In this document: piece by piece, positions 17,423 to 26,783 of the stretch
Layout of the letters: each line of letters opens with the position of its first letter
Numbering within the stretch: position 1 is the stretch's first letter
Assembly (NCBI GenBank): GCA_965247145.1
Contig: CBDFGH010000001.1
Coordinates: 513,164 to 577,163 of the forward strand
Direction of reading: 5' to 3'
DNA: 64,000 nucleotides
Origin: Rickettsiales bacterium
GTDB lineage: Bacteria; Pseudomonadota; Alphaproteobacteria; Rickettsiales; JAIXRX01
Translations under genes and position numbers: made by a program
Notes under the pieces: model-generated
Seen by the model: the letters and a program-made list of their open reading frames with translations, nothing else
What the model was told of the DNA's origin: nothing
Database searches by the model: none

Positions 17423-17508
17423 CCCGCCGCAAGACTCCGCACTGGATGCGGAGTCTTGCGGCGGGGCGGATGTGAGGGTGGTGTGGGACTCCGCATCCAG
17501 TGCGGAGT
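17423..17508. repeat. twin-hairpin repeat, family 4 (ACTCCGCA-N5-TGCGGAGT)
   Basis: A perfect 19-bp stem at 17423-17441 / 17447-17465 (loop CTGGA). A second 8-bp hairpin at 17488-17508 has the inverted loop TCCAG. A related pair lies at 58796-58858. Confidence 0.8.
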
Positions 17509-17535
17509 GTGGAGAGAGGCGAGCGTGGGGAGAGT

Positions 17536-18621
17536 TTACAGTGCTTCGATAAATGCGCTCACCGGCTCCCATAAGGCGCTCTTTCGCCCTGCGCCCACCA
17601 GCGCGCCGATATGTCCTGTCGGTGGTTCCACGAGCTGCGCATGCGGCAACAGTTTCGTCAGCGGGCGGGCGCAGGCGGGGGGGACGATGGCGTCTTCACG
17701 GGGGCAGAGCAGCAGGGTGGGGTGCGGAATGCGGCGGGGGTCGACGGCTTGCCCGCCCACGCGCCAGCGGCCCAGTTTCGTGTCGTTATGATAGCCCCAG
17801 CGCACCCAGCCGTCGCGCGCTACCGGGGCGGTCAGGGGCACGCCGTCATGCAGCCAGGCTTCGGCGGCGAGGAAGGCGTCCGTGGTCGCCTCCCCTGCGC
17901 GCATCGTGCCCAGGTTGCGGAATTTGGCATGCACGCTCCAGGGCTGCTGCAGGTAGAACCAGTGATCGAGCGTGGCGGGGTCGATCTGTTTCTGGCCCGT
18001 GATCCATTGCTCCAGTTGCGCAATCTGGTGCGGCATGAGTTGCTGTGCGGCCAGGCTGGGCGCGGAAAAATCCCACGGGGTGGCAAGCAGCACCAGCGCA
18101 CGCGCCAGCTCGGGCGCGAGTTGCGCGGCGGCCAAGGCCAGCAGCCCGCCCATGCAATAGCCCACTAGAACCGGCGGCTGGCCGGTGGCCGCGACCATGG
18201 CGCGCAAGGCGGGCAGCAGGCGCTGCTCGACATATCCTGCCGCATCCAAGGCTTCCTCGCTTGCGCCGGGCGTGCCCCAATCGAGCAGGAAGACGGGATG
18301 GCCTTCGGAGGCGAGATATTCGACGAAGCTCGTCTCCCGCGTGAGATCGAGGATGGCGTAGCGGTTGATCAGCGAGGGCGCGAGGAAGATGGGGGCTTTC
18401 GCCGCCGTCCCTTTTTTGGGGGCGATGGCGCGCAGATGCACGTTTCCCTGATGCCATACGGAGGGGCGTTCGGGCGTGGGGGTGGCTTGGTGGGTCTGGT
18501 AGCGGCGCAGGCCTTCAGCCAGCGCGCTTGCCCTTTGCCCCAGCAGACGCTCCACTTCCAGCGCCAGCGCGGGGAGCTGCGCGCTTGGCAGCGGGGCGGG
18601 GCGCGGCTGCATCCATTCCAT
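17536..18621 (-). CDS. phaC: class III-like poly(3-hydroxyalkanoate) synthase catalytic subunit (alpha/beta hydrolase fold)
   Basis: Lipase-box with Cys (VGYCMGG) and the C-terminal His motif PTGHIGALVG. About 360 aa. Adjacent to phaR. The start is uncertain: I placed it at M58 of the track ORF because the upstream part overlaps the neighbouring ORF and looks non-coding in this frame. Confidence 0.6.
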   Translation of the reverse strand: MEWMQPRPAPLPSAQLPALALEVERLLGQRASALAEGLRRYQTHQATPTPERPSVWHQGNVHLRAIAPKKGTAAKAPIFLAPSLINRYAILDLTRETSFVEYLASEGHPVFLLDWGTPGASEEALDAAGYVEQRLLPALRAMVAATGQPPVLVGYCMGGLLALAAAQLAPELARALVLLATPWDFSAPSLAAQQLMPHQIAQLEQWITGQKQIDPATLDHWFYLQQPWSVHAKFRNLGTMRAGEATTDAFLAAEAWLHDGVPLTAPVARDGWVRWGYHNDTKLGRWRVGGQAVDPRRIPHPTLLLCPREDAIVPPACARPLTKLLPHAQLVEPPTGHIGALVGAGRKSALWEPVSAFIEAL

Positions 18622-19006
18622 GCCCGGCCAGCTGGTGTTCCAGCTGTTCGACGCGGCGGCGAAGGGCGTCGAGCTCGCGCTCCAGGGCAGCAAGGCGGCC
18701 CGCGCCGTCACCGCCAGCAGGGTTTCCAGCTGCAGCATCAGCGGCAAAGTCGGGGGATGAGCGGTGGGCGGGTTGCTGGCTGGCTGCGGCATGCGCGCCT
18801 CCCATGAAATCTGAGAATGGATTGGCGGCGGGCGCGGCGGCGAAAGGGGATGGGCCGAAGGGCGAAACGCCGAAGGGGGATTGGGCGGGTTGTGCCGCAG
18901 CCATCATCGCGGCCAGCGTGTGCGGTTCGCGCAACAGGCGGGCCAATTGCGTCTCCCACGAAGCCACGAAGGCCTGGGCAAGCTGTTGTACGTCGTTTGG
19001 ATTCAT
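18515..19006 (-). CDS. small coiled-coil protein upstream of phaC (possible PhaE-like synthase partner)
   Basis: 163 aa from MNPNDVQQLAQAFVASWETQLARLL. Pro/Ala/Phe-rich middle and a coiled coil (LAALERELDALRRRVEQLEHQLA). The 3' end overlaps the phaC 5' region by about 100 nt. The function is inferred from context only. Confidence 0.4.
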   Translation of the reverse strand: MNPNDVQQLAQAFVASWETQLARLLREPHTLAAMMAAAQPAQSPFGVSPFGPSPFAAAPAANPFSDFMGGAHAAASQQPAHRSSPDFAADAAAGNPAGGDGAGRLAALERELDALRRRVEQLEHQLAGHGMDAAAPRPAAKRAAPRAGAGSGASAGAKGKRAG

Positions 19007-19053
19007 AGTACGGGAATGTAATCGCGCGGTGCGCTTCCGCCAACCATAAAACG

Positions 19054-19138
19054 CGTCATCCTGCGCGAAGTCGCAGGATCCCATGCCGCAAGACCACCAA
19101 GACAACTCAGAAATCCTGCGACTTCGCGCAGGATGACG
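19054..19138. repeat. palindromic repeat family 1, copy 2
   Basis: CGTCATCCTGCGCGAAGTCGCAGGATC (19054-19080) and its complement ending ...CAGGATGACG (19113-19138). Lies in the divergent phaR / phaE-like promoter region. Confidence 0.9.
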
Positions 19139-19162
19139 AGCATGTGAGACAGGACCTCAATC

Positions 19163-19663
19163 ATGGCCAACGCCAAAAACGCCGCCGACCCGGACGCGCC
19201 GATCATCATCAAGAAATACGCCAACCGCCGTTTGTACAACACCGACACCAGTTGCTACATCACGCTGGAGGAATTGTGCCAGATGGTGAAGCAGGATGTG
19301 GTGTTCACCGTGATCGACGCCAAGACCGAGGAAGACCTCACGCGCCAGATCCTCGTACAGATCATCTTCGAGCAGGAGAGCAAGAAGTTCAATCTGCTGC
19401 CGGAGACTTTCCTGCGCGGCCTGATCCATTATTACGACGACAAAATGCGCGAAGTGTTGCCGCCCTATCTGGATGCGATGATGAACGGCTTCACCGAGAA
19501 CCAGGAAAAGATCCAGGAATATTACACCAAAAGCTTCCAGCAAGTGACGCCCTTCGGGCAGCTGGAGGAACTGCGCAAGCAGAACGCCGCTTTCGTGCAA
19601 AGCGCGTTCGGAATGTTCAATCCGTTTCAGGCGATGTTCGGCGCGAAGGGCGAGAAAAAATAA
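19163..19663 (+). CDS. phaR: polyhydroxyalkanoate synthesis repressor PhaR
   Basis: N-terminus IIIKKYANRRLYNTDTSCYITLEEL..VKQDVVFTVIDAKTEEDLTRQILVQIIFEQE is the conserved PhaR DNA-binding/PHB-binding module. Confidence 0.9.
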   Translation: MANAKNAADPDAPIIIKKYANRRLYNTDTSCYITLEELCQMVKQDVVFTVIDAKTEEDLTRQILVQIIFEQESKKFNLLPETFLRGLIHYYDDKMREVLPPYLDAMMNGFTENQEKIQEYYTKSFQQVTPFGQLEELRKQNAAFVQSAFGMFNPFQAMFGAKGEKK

Positions 19664-19796
19664 GTTTCGCTCGGCAGCGCCCGTATTTTCGCCACGCGAT
19701 TTGTGCAAGCGCCGCGCCTATGTGATGGACGCAAATGGCCAACCAGTAAATTTTACCATGTCGGTCGAAAGTTTGGCTCACACCACATCGCTTCTC

Positions 19797-19830
19797 AAAA
19801 AGAAAGGCCGGGATTTCTCCCGGCCTTTTT
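19797..19830. terminator. bidirectional terminator between phaR and glnA
   Basis: AGGCCGGGA (19805-19813) pairs with TCCCGGCCT (19818-19826). An A-rich tract lies 5' and a T5 tract 3', so it can serve both convergent genes. Confidence 0.65.
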
Positions 19831-19836
19831 AATGAT

Positions 19837-21246
19837 CTATGCGCTGTAATACATCTTGAATTCGACCGGGTGGGGCGCGTGTTCCCACTTGTAGACTTCT
19901 TCCATCTTCAGTTCGATATAGGCGTCGATTTGTTCGTCGGTGAAGACGCCGCCTTTTTTGAGGAATTCGCGGTCGGTGCTGAGGGCATCCAGGGCTTCGC
20001 GCAGTGAGCCTGCCACGGTGGGCACGCCTTTGAGTTCTTCGGGGGGGAGGTCGTAGAGGTTCTTGTCCATCGCGTCGCCGGGGTGGATTTTGTTCTCGAT
20101 ACCGTCCAGCCCCGCCATCAGCAAAGCGGCGAAGGTGAAGTAGGGGTTGCCGGTCGCGTCCGGAAAGCGGGTTTCGATGCGCTTGGCTTTCGGGCTCGCC
20201 ACGTAGGGGATGCGGATCGAGGCGGAGCGGTTGCGGCTGGAATAGGCGAGCAGCACGGGTGCTTCGAAACCGGGGATCAGGCGCTTGTAGCTGTTGGTGC
20301 TGGCGTTGCTGAAGGCGTTGATCGCTTTCGCGTGCTTGATGATGCCGCCGATATAGAACAGGCACATTTCGCTGAGATCGGCATAGCCGTTTCCAGCGAA
20401 AAGCGGCTTGCCCGCTTTCCAGATGGATTGGTGCACATGCATGCCCGAACCATTGTCGCCGCTGATCGGCTTCGGCATGAAAGTGGCGGTTTTGCCGTAG
20501 GCATGCGCCACGTTCTGGATGACGTACTTATACTTCTGCACGTTATCCGCGGTGGCGACCATGGTGCTGAAATCGAAGCCGAGTTCGACCTGGCCGGGGG
20601 CCACTTCGTGGTGGTGCAGTACCGGCACAATGCCGACGGTGGCCAAAGTGGCGAGCATTTCGGCGCGCAGATCGTTCGTGGAATCGACCGGAGCGACGGG
20701 GAAGTAGCCGCCTTTCACGCCGGGGCGGTGGCCCATATTGCCGGCATCGTATTTCCGCGCGGAATTGCTGGGCAGTTCCTCGGAATCGATTTCGTAGGAT
20801 GCGCCGTAGGCACCTTGTTCGAAGCGCACATCGTCGAAGATGAAGAATTCGAGTTCGGGGCCGAAATAGGCTTTGTCGCCCAGGCCGGTGAAGCCGAGAT
20901 AGGCTTCGGCGCGCTTGGCGGTGCTGCGCGGATCGCGGCTGTAGGGTTGGCCGGAGGAGGGCTCGAGGATGTCGCAGAAGACGGCGAGCGTGGGCTGCGC
21001 GGTGAAGGGATCGAGGAAGGCCGTGGTGGGGTCCGGCATCAGGATCATGTCGGATTCATTGATGCTCTTCCAGCCGCTGATCGAAGAGCCGTCGAACATC
21101 ACGCCGTCTTCGAACACGTCCTGATCCACTTTTTCGGCAATGTAGGTGGTGTGGTGGCAGCGGCCGCGCGGGTCGGTGAAGCGGAAATCGACGAAGCGGA
21201 TGTCATGTTCCTTGATGAGGGCGAATACGTTCTTGGCGTCGGCCAT
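19837..21246 (-). CDS. glnA: glutamine synthetase type I
   Basis: 469 aa from [28 protein letters not shown]. Also ..GSGMHVHQS.. and the adenylylation-site region ..NLYDLPPEE... Confidence 0.95.
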   Translation of the reverse strand: MADAKNVFALIKEHDIRFVDFRFTDPRGRCHHTTYIAEKVDQDVFEDGVMFDGSSISGWKSINESDMILMPDPTTAFLDPFTAQPTLAVFCDILEPSSGQPYSRDPRSTAKRAEAYLGFTGLGDKAYFGPELEFFIFDDVRFEQGAYGASYEIDSEELPSNSARKYDAGNMGHRPGVKGGYFPVAPVDSTNDLRAEMLATLATVGIVPVLHHHEVAPGQVELGFDFSTMVATADNVQKYKYVIQNVAHAYGKTATFMPKPISGDNGSGMHVHQSIWKAGKPLFAGNGYADLSEMCLFYIGGIIKHAKAINAFSNASTNSYKRLIPGFEAPVLLAYSSRNRSASIRIPYVASPKAKRIETRFPDATGNPYFTFAALLMAGLDGIENKIHPGDAMDKNLYDLPPEELKGVPTVAGSLREALDALSTDREFLKKGGVFTDEQIDAYIELKMEEVYKWEHAPHPVEFKMYYSA

Positions 21247-21327
21247 GGGGGGCTCCTGGGAGTAGGTAGGGAATTTCGAGGGATGGTTTAGCGGCAAAAT
21301 AGGGGGGCGTCAAAGGGGGTGTTTAGT

Positions 21328-21744
21328 CTATTGAATGCTGAACTCCGAATCGTGACGAACATCGGAAATCCGGTTTTCTCGATCAAAACAAACTTGCAGC
21401 GATACGCCTCCCATGAATTCACAATGTCCCAACTCCCAGTTGATACAATCTGTAAACACTACATCATTGGGATTGGACCATAATGCGCTCGCATCCGGTG
21501 GACCAAGCAGCTTTCGCACCTCTTCCTCCGATAGACCCGACATTAAATAATGATCGCGCAAATCGCGATAGAAACCGCCACGCAGGCATTCGCTGCGCAA
21601 TCTTTCCTTGGAAACATGCAACCAGGCGGCTTGATCGAATTTTTTGTCTTCCCAGTTCTCCTTCCCATGGTCATGAAGCGCAAGATACAACAATCCAGCG
21701 ATAAGGCAGAAAACAGCAGCAACCGTAAGAAGCAGGATTTTCAT
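21328..21744 (-). CDS. hypothetical membrane-anchored protein between glnB and glnA (BamE/SmpA-like segment)
   Basis: 138 aa from MKILLLTVAAVFCLIAGLLYLAL (N-terminal TM). ..MSGLSEEEVRKLLGPPD.. resembles the BamE/SmpA-OmlA turn. GGAAG lies 3 nt upstream. The start is 13 nt after the glnB stop. Lower GC by eye. Confidence 0.5.
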   Translation of the reverse strand: MKILLLTVAAVFCLIAGLLYLALHDHGKENWEDKKFDQAAWLHVSKERLRSECLRGGFYRDLRDHYLMSGLSEEEVRKLLGPPDASALWSNPNDVVFTDCINWELGHCEFMGGVSLQVCFDRENRISDVRHDSEFSIQ

Positions 21745-21757
21745 CGGCTTCCATAGT

Positions 21758-22177
<420 letters not shown>

Positions 22178-22290
22178 TCATCCCCTGCGCAGGTGGGGAT
22201 GACGGAGGTTAGGGAGAGGGCACGGGGTTCCAAACCGCTTGACCGCCCGCATGCATCGCTATACATCCTCGCCTGCTGATTTCAGCATGT

Positions 22291-22368
22291 GGCGGGTGTA
22301 GCTCAGTTGGTTAGAGTGCCAGATTGTGATTCTGGATGTCGCGGGTTCGAGCCCCGTCACTCGCCCCA
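22291..22368 (+). tRNA. tRNA-His (GTG)
   Basis: Cloverleaf folded by hand. Extra G-1 pairs with C73. Acceptor GCGGGTG/CACTCGC, D arm GCTC..GAGT, anticodon arm CCAGA-TTGTGAT-TCTGG, T arm GCGGG-TTCGAGC-CCCGT, encoded CCA. Confidence 0.9.
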
Positions 22369-22518
22369 TTTTCTTCTAGAACGATTTCCTCACAAGGTGA
22401 GGCTTGATGGAGCTGAGGCTCAACATAGGTTCAAGCGCGATTCTTGGCCGATCCCATATGTTATTTTAACACCAACTCTGCGCCACTAGCCGCTTGTTAT
22501 CTCTACCGAGGGTTGCGC

Positions 22519-24597
22519 ATGCGCGGGGTGTTGAAGTTTCTGGGATTTGTACTGGCGGGTTTGGCTTGCCTGGTGCTGGCGGTGGTGGTGTTTTTCTGGC
22601 TGGTGTTCGATTGGAACTCGCTGGGCGGTTATGCCACCCGCATGGCGAGCGACAAGGCAGGGCGCAAGGTGGTGCTGGCGGAGAAAGATGCCATCGCCGT
22701 GCATTGGGGCTGGCCGCTGACCACCATCACGCTGCCCGGGTTGGCGGCCGAGAACGTGGATTGGGGCAAAAAGCCGCAAATGGTGGAGTTGAACGCCGCC
22801 GATATTCAGCTGGACATCAAAAAGCTCCTATTCCATTTCCGCCTTTCCTTTCCACAGATCGCGCTGGATGCACCGCATCTTTCGCTGGAAAAACGTGCGG
22901 ATGGCGCAGCGAACTGGGATTTCACGCAAAATCCCGGCGGTGCCACGGTGACCGCCGTTGCGCCGGATAAGCGCAGCGAAATGCCGGAGATTGGACGCAT
23001 ATTGATCAAAGACGGTGTGTTCGGCTACCGCGACGAAAAAGGCAAAAGCGATATCGAGATGCGGGTGCGAAACTTCTCCGGCACCGCTCAGGAAACGCAG
23101 GATCTGGTGGCCGAGGGCACGGGAAAATTCGGTGGCGCAAATTTCACGCTGAAACTGACGGGCGGCGATCTCATTGCGCTGAAGGACAACAAAGACCCCT
23201 ATCCGATGAGTGTGGATACCGTGATCGGCAATACGCATATCGTGGCGAAAGGCACGGTGCAGGATCCATTTCAGCTGGAAGGGCTGAATCTGGTGCTGAC
23301 CATCGCGGGCAAGAATGCGGCGGATCTGTTTCCCATCACCGGCATCGCCCTGCCGCCCACGCCGCCTTATAATATTACGGGACGCCTGGGATACGACAAG
23401 GCGAAGGGCGAGTGGAACTTTCAGAAATTCTCCGGCCGCATGGGGGACAGCGACCTTTCCGGCAATCTTTCCTGGGATACCGGACCGGTGGGGCATCTGC
23501 GCAAGCAGCCGAAGCTGACGGCAGAGTTTTTAAGCAAGAAACTTGATTTCAAGGATCTGGCCGGTTTCATCGGGGCGGCACCCAAACCCGGCGCAGGCCA
23601 GCAGCGCTCCGAGAAAGACCAGAAACTCGCTGCGGCCCAAGCTGCCAGCCCCTACGTGATTCCCGACGTGCCGCTGGATATCAGCCGCGTGGCGGCGATG
23701 GACGCAGATGTTACCTACAGCGCCGCGCGCATCCAATCCCCCAGCCTGCCGCTGGATGATTTCCATATGCATGTGCTGCTGGAGGACCGCGTGCTGCGCG
23801 TGGAGCCGATCCGTTTCGGCACCGCCAGCGGCGACATTGCGGCCAATATCAAGATCAATGCGCGCCAAAGCCCGCCGGATGCGACGCTGGACGGGACGTT
23901 CCGAAAGCTTTCGCTGGCACGGCTGTTCGCCTCCGCCTCGGATAAGCTCGGCACACCGAACGTGAACAGAGGCAATATCGGCGGTGTCATCAAGGTCGCG
24001 GGCAAAGGCTCCTCGCTGCGCGACATTCTCTCGACCAGCGACGGTTCGCTGGGTGTGGGCATGGAGGGCGGCCAGCTCAGCAGCCTGCTCGTCGAACTGA
24101 CCGGGCTTGATCTGGGGCAGGCGTTGTCTTTCCTGGGCAAAAGCGACAAGCCCGTGGCCATTCGCTGCATTGTGGGCGATTTCGGGATCAAGTCCGGCCA
24201 GATGCAGTCGCGCACTCTGGTGATGGACACGGCGGATACGCAAATCGGCGGCACGGGCGGGCTGAATTTCAAAAGCGAAGCGATGGATTTCACTTTTGAA
24301 GCGCACCCGAAGGATGCGAGTTTCCTTGCCGCGCGCACGCCGTTGCATGTGCGGGGTACGTTGAAAAAACCTGCCATTTCGCTGGATATCCCGAGCCTGC
24401 TCGCGCGCACCGGGGCGGCAGTGGGGCTGGCGATCATCGCCGCGCCCGCCGCCTTGCTCGCCTTCATCGAGCCGGGTTTGGGCAAAAACAGCCCTTGTGC
24501 GGAAATGCTGCGCAGCGTGAAGCAGGATAATCGCATGAGCAAAGGCGAGCAGAAACTGGTGCCCAGCAACCCGACCCCAACCCCGGCGAAGCCCTAA
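22519..24597 (+). CDS. AsmA family outer-membrane biogenesis protein
   Basis: 692 aa from MRGVLKFLGFVLAGLACLVLAVVVFF (N-terminal anchor). Long beta-rich body, with a C-terminal AsmA-type region (..LVMDTADTQIGGTGGLNFKSEAMDFTFEAHPK..). Confidence 0.7.
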   Translation: MRGVLKFLGFVLAGLACLVLAVVVFFWLVFDWNSLGGYATRMASDKAGRKVVLAEKDAIAVHWGWPLTTITLPGLAAENVDWGKKPQMVELNAADIQLDIKKLLFHFRLSFPQIALDAPHLSLEKRADGAANWDFTQNPGGATVTAVAPDKRSEMPEIGRILIKDGVFGYRDEKGKSDIEMRVRNFSGTAQETQDLVAEGTGKFGGANFTLKLTGGDLIALKDNKDPYPMSVDTVIGNTHIVAKGTVQDPFQLEGLNLVLTIAGKNAADLFPITGIALPPTPPYNITGRLGYDKAKGEWNFQKFSGRMGDSDLSGNLSWDTGPVGHLRKQPKLTAEFLSKKLDFKDLAGFIGAAPKPGAGQQRSEKDQKLAAAQAASPYVIPDVPLDISRVAAMDADVTYSAARIQSPSLPLDDFHMHVLLEDRVLRVEPIRFGTASGDIAANIKINARQSPPDATLDGTFRKLSLARLFASASDKLGTPNVNRGNIGGVIKVAGKGSSLRDILSTSDGSLGVGMEGGQLSSLLVELTGLDLGQALSFLGKSDKPVAIRCIVGDFGIKSGQMQSRTLVMDTADTQIGGTGGLNFKSEAMDFTFEAHPKDASFLAARTPLHVRGTLKKPAISLDIPSLLARTGAAVGLAIIAAPAALLAFIEPGLGKNSPCAEMLRSVKQDNRMSKGEQKLVPSNPTPTPAKP

Positions 24598-24600
24598 GCG

Positions 24601-25242
24601 TTATTTCAACTTCGTCAGTTGTTCCTTGGCTGCGGCGCGCACTTCGGGGGGATTGTCAGTGCGCTCGGCCAAGTTCTTCAGGCGGATTCTGGCCTGGGCC
24701 GTGTTGCCAATCTCCGCTTCGTGCATCGCGAGGAAAAGTTCGGCCTGCGGGTTGGGGCGCTGATGTTGCAGCATGGTGAAAGTACGTGCAGCATCGCTAT
24801 TCACCCGCCCGCCTGCCGCCAGCACCTGGGCCTTGCCCAACCGCAGCAGGGATTCAGGGTTGCCTGCGCTCAATAGCGCTTCCTTTTTAAACGACGCGAC
24901 CGCTTCTTCCATACGGCCTGCGCGCAATTGCGCTTCGCCCAGCGCGATCCAGGCTTCCGGGTTCTGCGCTTCGCTTTCGCTGCGCTGCTTCAAAGTCGCC
25001 AGTGCCGATTCCGCTGCCAAGCGCGCCCGCTCTTCCCACTGCCATTGCCGCACCAGCTGCGGCGCGCCGACCAAAGCATAAAGCCCGATGGCGAAAGCGA
25101 GGCTTCCCAGCCACAAACCCACACCCACCTTGCGATCGCCGCGCTTGATCAGGCGCGGCCATAGCAGCAGAGCGAGAATGCTTGCCGCCAATGTGATGAG
25201 AAGCAGCCAGAAAAATGCGTAAGGCCAATCGATCTGGGTCAT
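24601..25242 (-). CDS. ccmI: cytochrome c-type biogenesis protein CcmI/CycH (TM plus TPR)
   Basis: 213 aa from MTQIDWPYAFFWLLLITLAASILALLLW. Two TM helices, then TPR-like repeats (..EAWIALGEAQLRAGRMEEAVASFKK..). The start overlaps the ccmH stop (ATGA). Confidence 0.6.
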   Translation of the reverse strand: MTQIDWPYAFFWLLLITLAASILALLLWPRLIKRGDRKVGVGLWLGSLAFAIGLYALVGAPQLVRQWQWEERARLAAESALATLKQRSESEAQNPEAWIALGEAQLRAGRMEEAVASFKKEALLSAGNPESLLRLGKAQVLAAGGRVNSDAARTFTMLQHQRPNPQAELFLAMHEAEIGNTAQARIRLKNLAERTDNPPEVRAAAKEQLTKLK

Positions 25243-25631
25243 GCATGCCTCGTTCGCGGGCGGAAAATCAACCAGATGCCTAAGGCCAGAAAAACGAAGG
25301 GGGCAAGCCATAGTCCCCAAGTGCGCGACTCGACGGGTGGCTGCAGCAATATGCGCGTGCCGTAGCGCGCGACCAAAGTACCGCGCACTTCCTGCGGTGT
25401 TCGTCCCTCGCGTAATTGTTCCACCACGAACTCGCGCATATCCGCCGCCAGCGGGGCACGGGATTCGGCGACGCTCTGGCCCTGGCATACCACGCAGCGC
25501 AACTCGTTCCATAAGGCGCGCGCCGCGCTTTGTTGGGCGGGCGGCAGGGATTCGACGGCGAGATCGCCCACTTGCGCGGAAACGGGTAGGGCGAGCAAAA
25601 GGAAAAATAACGCGAGGAAACTAGCGCGCAT
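25239..25631 (-). CDS. ccmH: cytochrome c-type biogenesis protein CcmH
   Basis: Signal peptide, then the LRCVVCQGQSVAES motif (LRCxxCQ). C-terminal TM helix. Confidence 0.85.
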   Translation of the reverse strand: MRASFLALFFLLLALPVSAQVGDLAVESLPPAQQSAARALWNELRCVVCQGQSVAESRAPLAADMREFVVEQLREGRTPQEVRGTLVARYGTRILLQPPVESRTWGLWLAPFVFLALGIWLIFRPRTRHA

Positions 25632-26160
25632 GGCCGCTGGGCGTGGAAAGCTGTTGACCGATCGCATCGATGGCATCCGCCCCCATCAGGCCGGGGTAAT
25701 GGGCGCGGATCACGCCCTGCGCATCGATCACGAAAGTTTCCGGTACGCCGGTGAGGCCGAAGGCAAGCGCCGCTTTGCCGTCCACATCCAGCAGCAGGGA
25801 ATCGTAGGGTAGGTCGCTTTGCATTTTGCGCAGCGCGGCGGGCGCGTCTTTCCACGCCACGCCGATCACCGGCACGCCATATTGCTTTCGCAGGCGCGCC
25901 AGTTCGGGCATCTCCGCCTTGCAGGGCGCGCACCAGCTGGCGAAGAAATTAACCACGTAGCCATTGCCCACCGGCAAGGCGAGGGGCAATTTCGGCATGG
26001 GCGCCGCTGGGTGGGCAAGGTCGAGTTTCTCCAGCATCACCGCCGGGATATTCTGGCCCACCAGCGGGCTGGCGGGCACGGGTGCTCCGCCCCCGACCAG
26101 CATGCCGAACATCAGGCCGCAGAGGATGGTGAAAAGCGCCAGCGGCAGAAAACGGATCAT
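25621..26160 (-). CDS. ccmG: thiol:disulfide interchange protein CcmG/DsbE
   Basis: N-terminal anchor, thioredoxin motif NFFASWCAPCKAE, and GVPETFVID. Confidence 0.9.
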   Translation of the reverse strand: MIRFLPLALFTILCGLMFGMLVGGGAPVPASPLVGQNIPAVMLEKLDLAHPAAPMPKLPLALPVGNGYVVNFFASWCAPCKAEMPELARLRKQYGVPVIGVAWKDAPAALRKMQSDLPYDSLLLDVDGKAALAFGLTGVPETFVIDAQGVIRAHYPGLMGADAIDAIGQQLSTPSGHAR

Positions 26161-26162
26161 GT

Positions 26163-26777
26163 TTATTCCCCGTGCGGCAGGGCCTGACGCGCCTGCTCGA
26201 TCGCTTCGTTGAGGAGTGCGAGCGCGTCCATATCGCTGTCGCCCAGCGCTTTGGCGCGGGCGCGATACACACTGTTCGCATCACTGAGCGTGGCGGTGGG
26301 ACCGAGGCCGAGCGCGATGCGCCAGCTTTCCATCTGCTGGCTGCTATGTTGCGTTTGCGTTTTCGGTGCAGCCACGCGCTCGCGGAAATGTTCCATGATT
26401 TCCTGGCGTGTGATCACGCCCCAGCCATCCAGCTGCGCGATGGTGCGCAGGGTCATGACCAGCGCGTAGAGATTGTGCTGCGGCAACAGCCAGCGGTCGC
26501 ACGCGATGTGGTAACGCCCACTTTCCAATCGCATCGATAGCGTGACGGCGGGGGAGATATTTTCCAGCTTGCGCAGGCGCGGGCTGTTGAAATGCTCGAT
26601 ATGCGTGGTGATGTCCGCGCGCATGGGATGCAGCTTTTCCACTTCCTGATCCAGAAAGTTCAGCGCTTCCTCCACCGTCAGCGTGGGCGAGAAACCGTGC
26701 AGGTTGCTCTGGCGGCCACGCGGGGTGCGGGGCAGATGTTCTGGCCAATGGAGCGGGTTGGAAATTTCAAGTGCCAT
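26163..26777 (-). CDS. hypothetical protein inside the ccm operon (possible phage-type DnaJ-like family, degenerate J-like C-terminus)
   Basis: 204 aa. N-terminal HWPEHLPRTPRGRQ...F..TL..A...L..E and ..YHIACDRWLLPQHNLYAL.. recall a phage/GTA-associated family, from memory only. The C-terminal helical ..LGLGPTATLSDANSVYRARAKALGDSD.. lacks HPD. Gaps to ccmF and ccmG are 6 and 2 nt. Confidence 0.45.
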   Translation of the reverse strand: MALEISNPLHWPEHLPRTPRGRQSNLHGFSPTLTVEEALNFLDQEVEKLHPMRADITTHIEHFNSPRLRKLENISPAVTLSMRLESGRYHIACDRWLLPQHNLYALVMTLRTIAQLDGWGVITRQEIMEHFRERVAAPKTQTQHSSQQMESWRIALGLGPTATLSDANSVYRARAKALGDSDMDALALLNEAIEQARQALPHGE

Positions 26778-26783
26778 GGAGCT

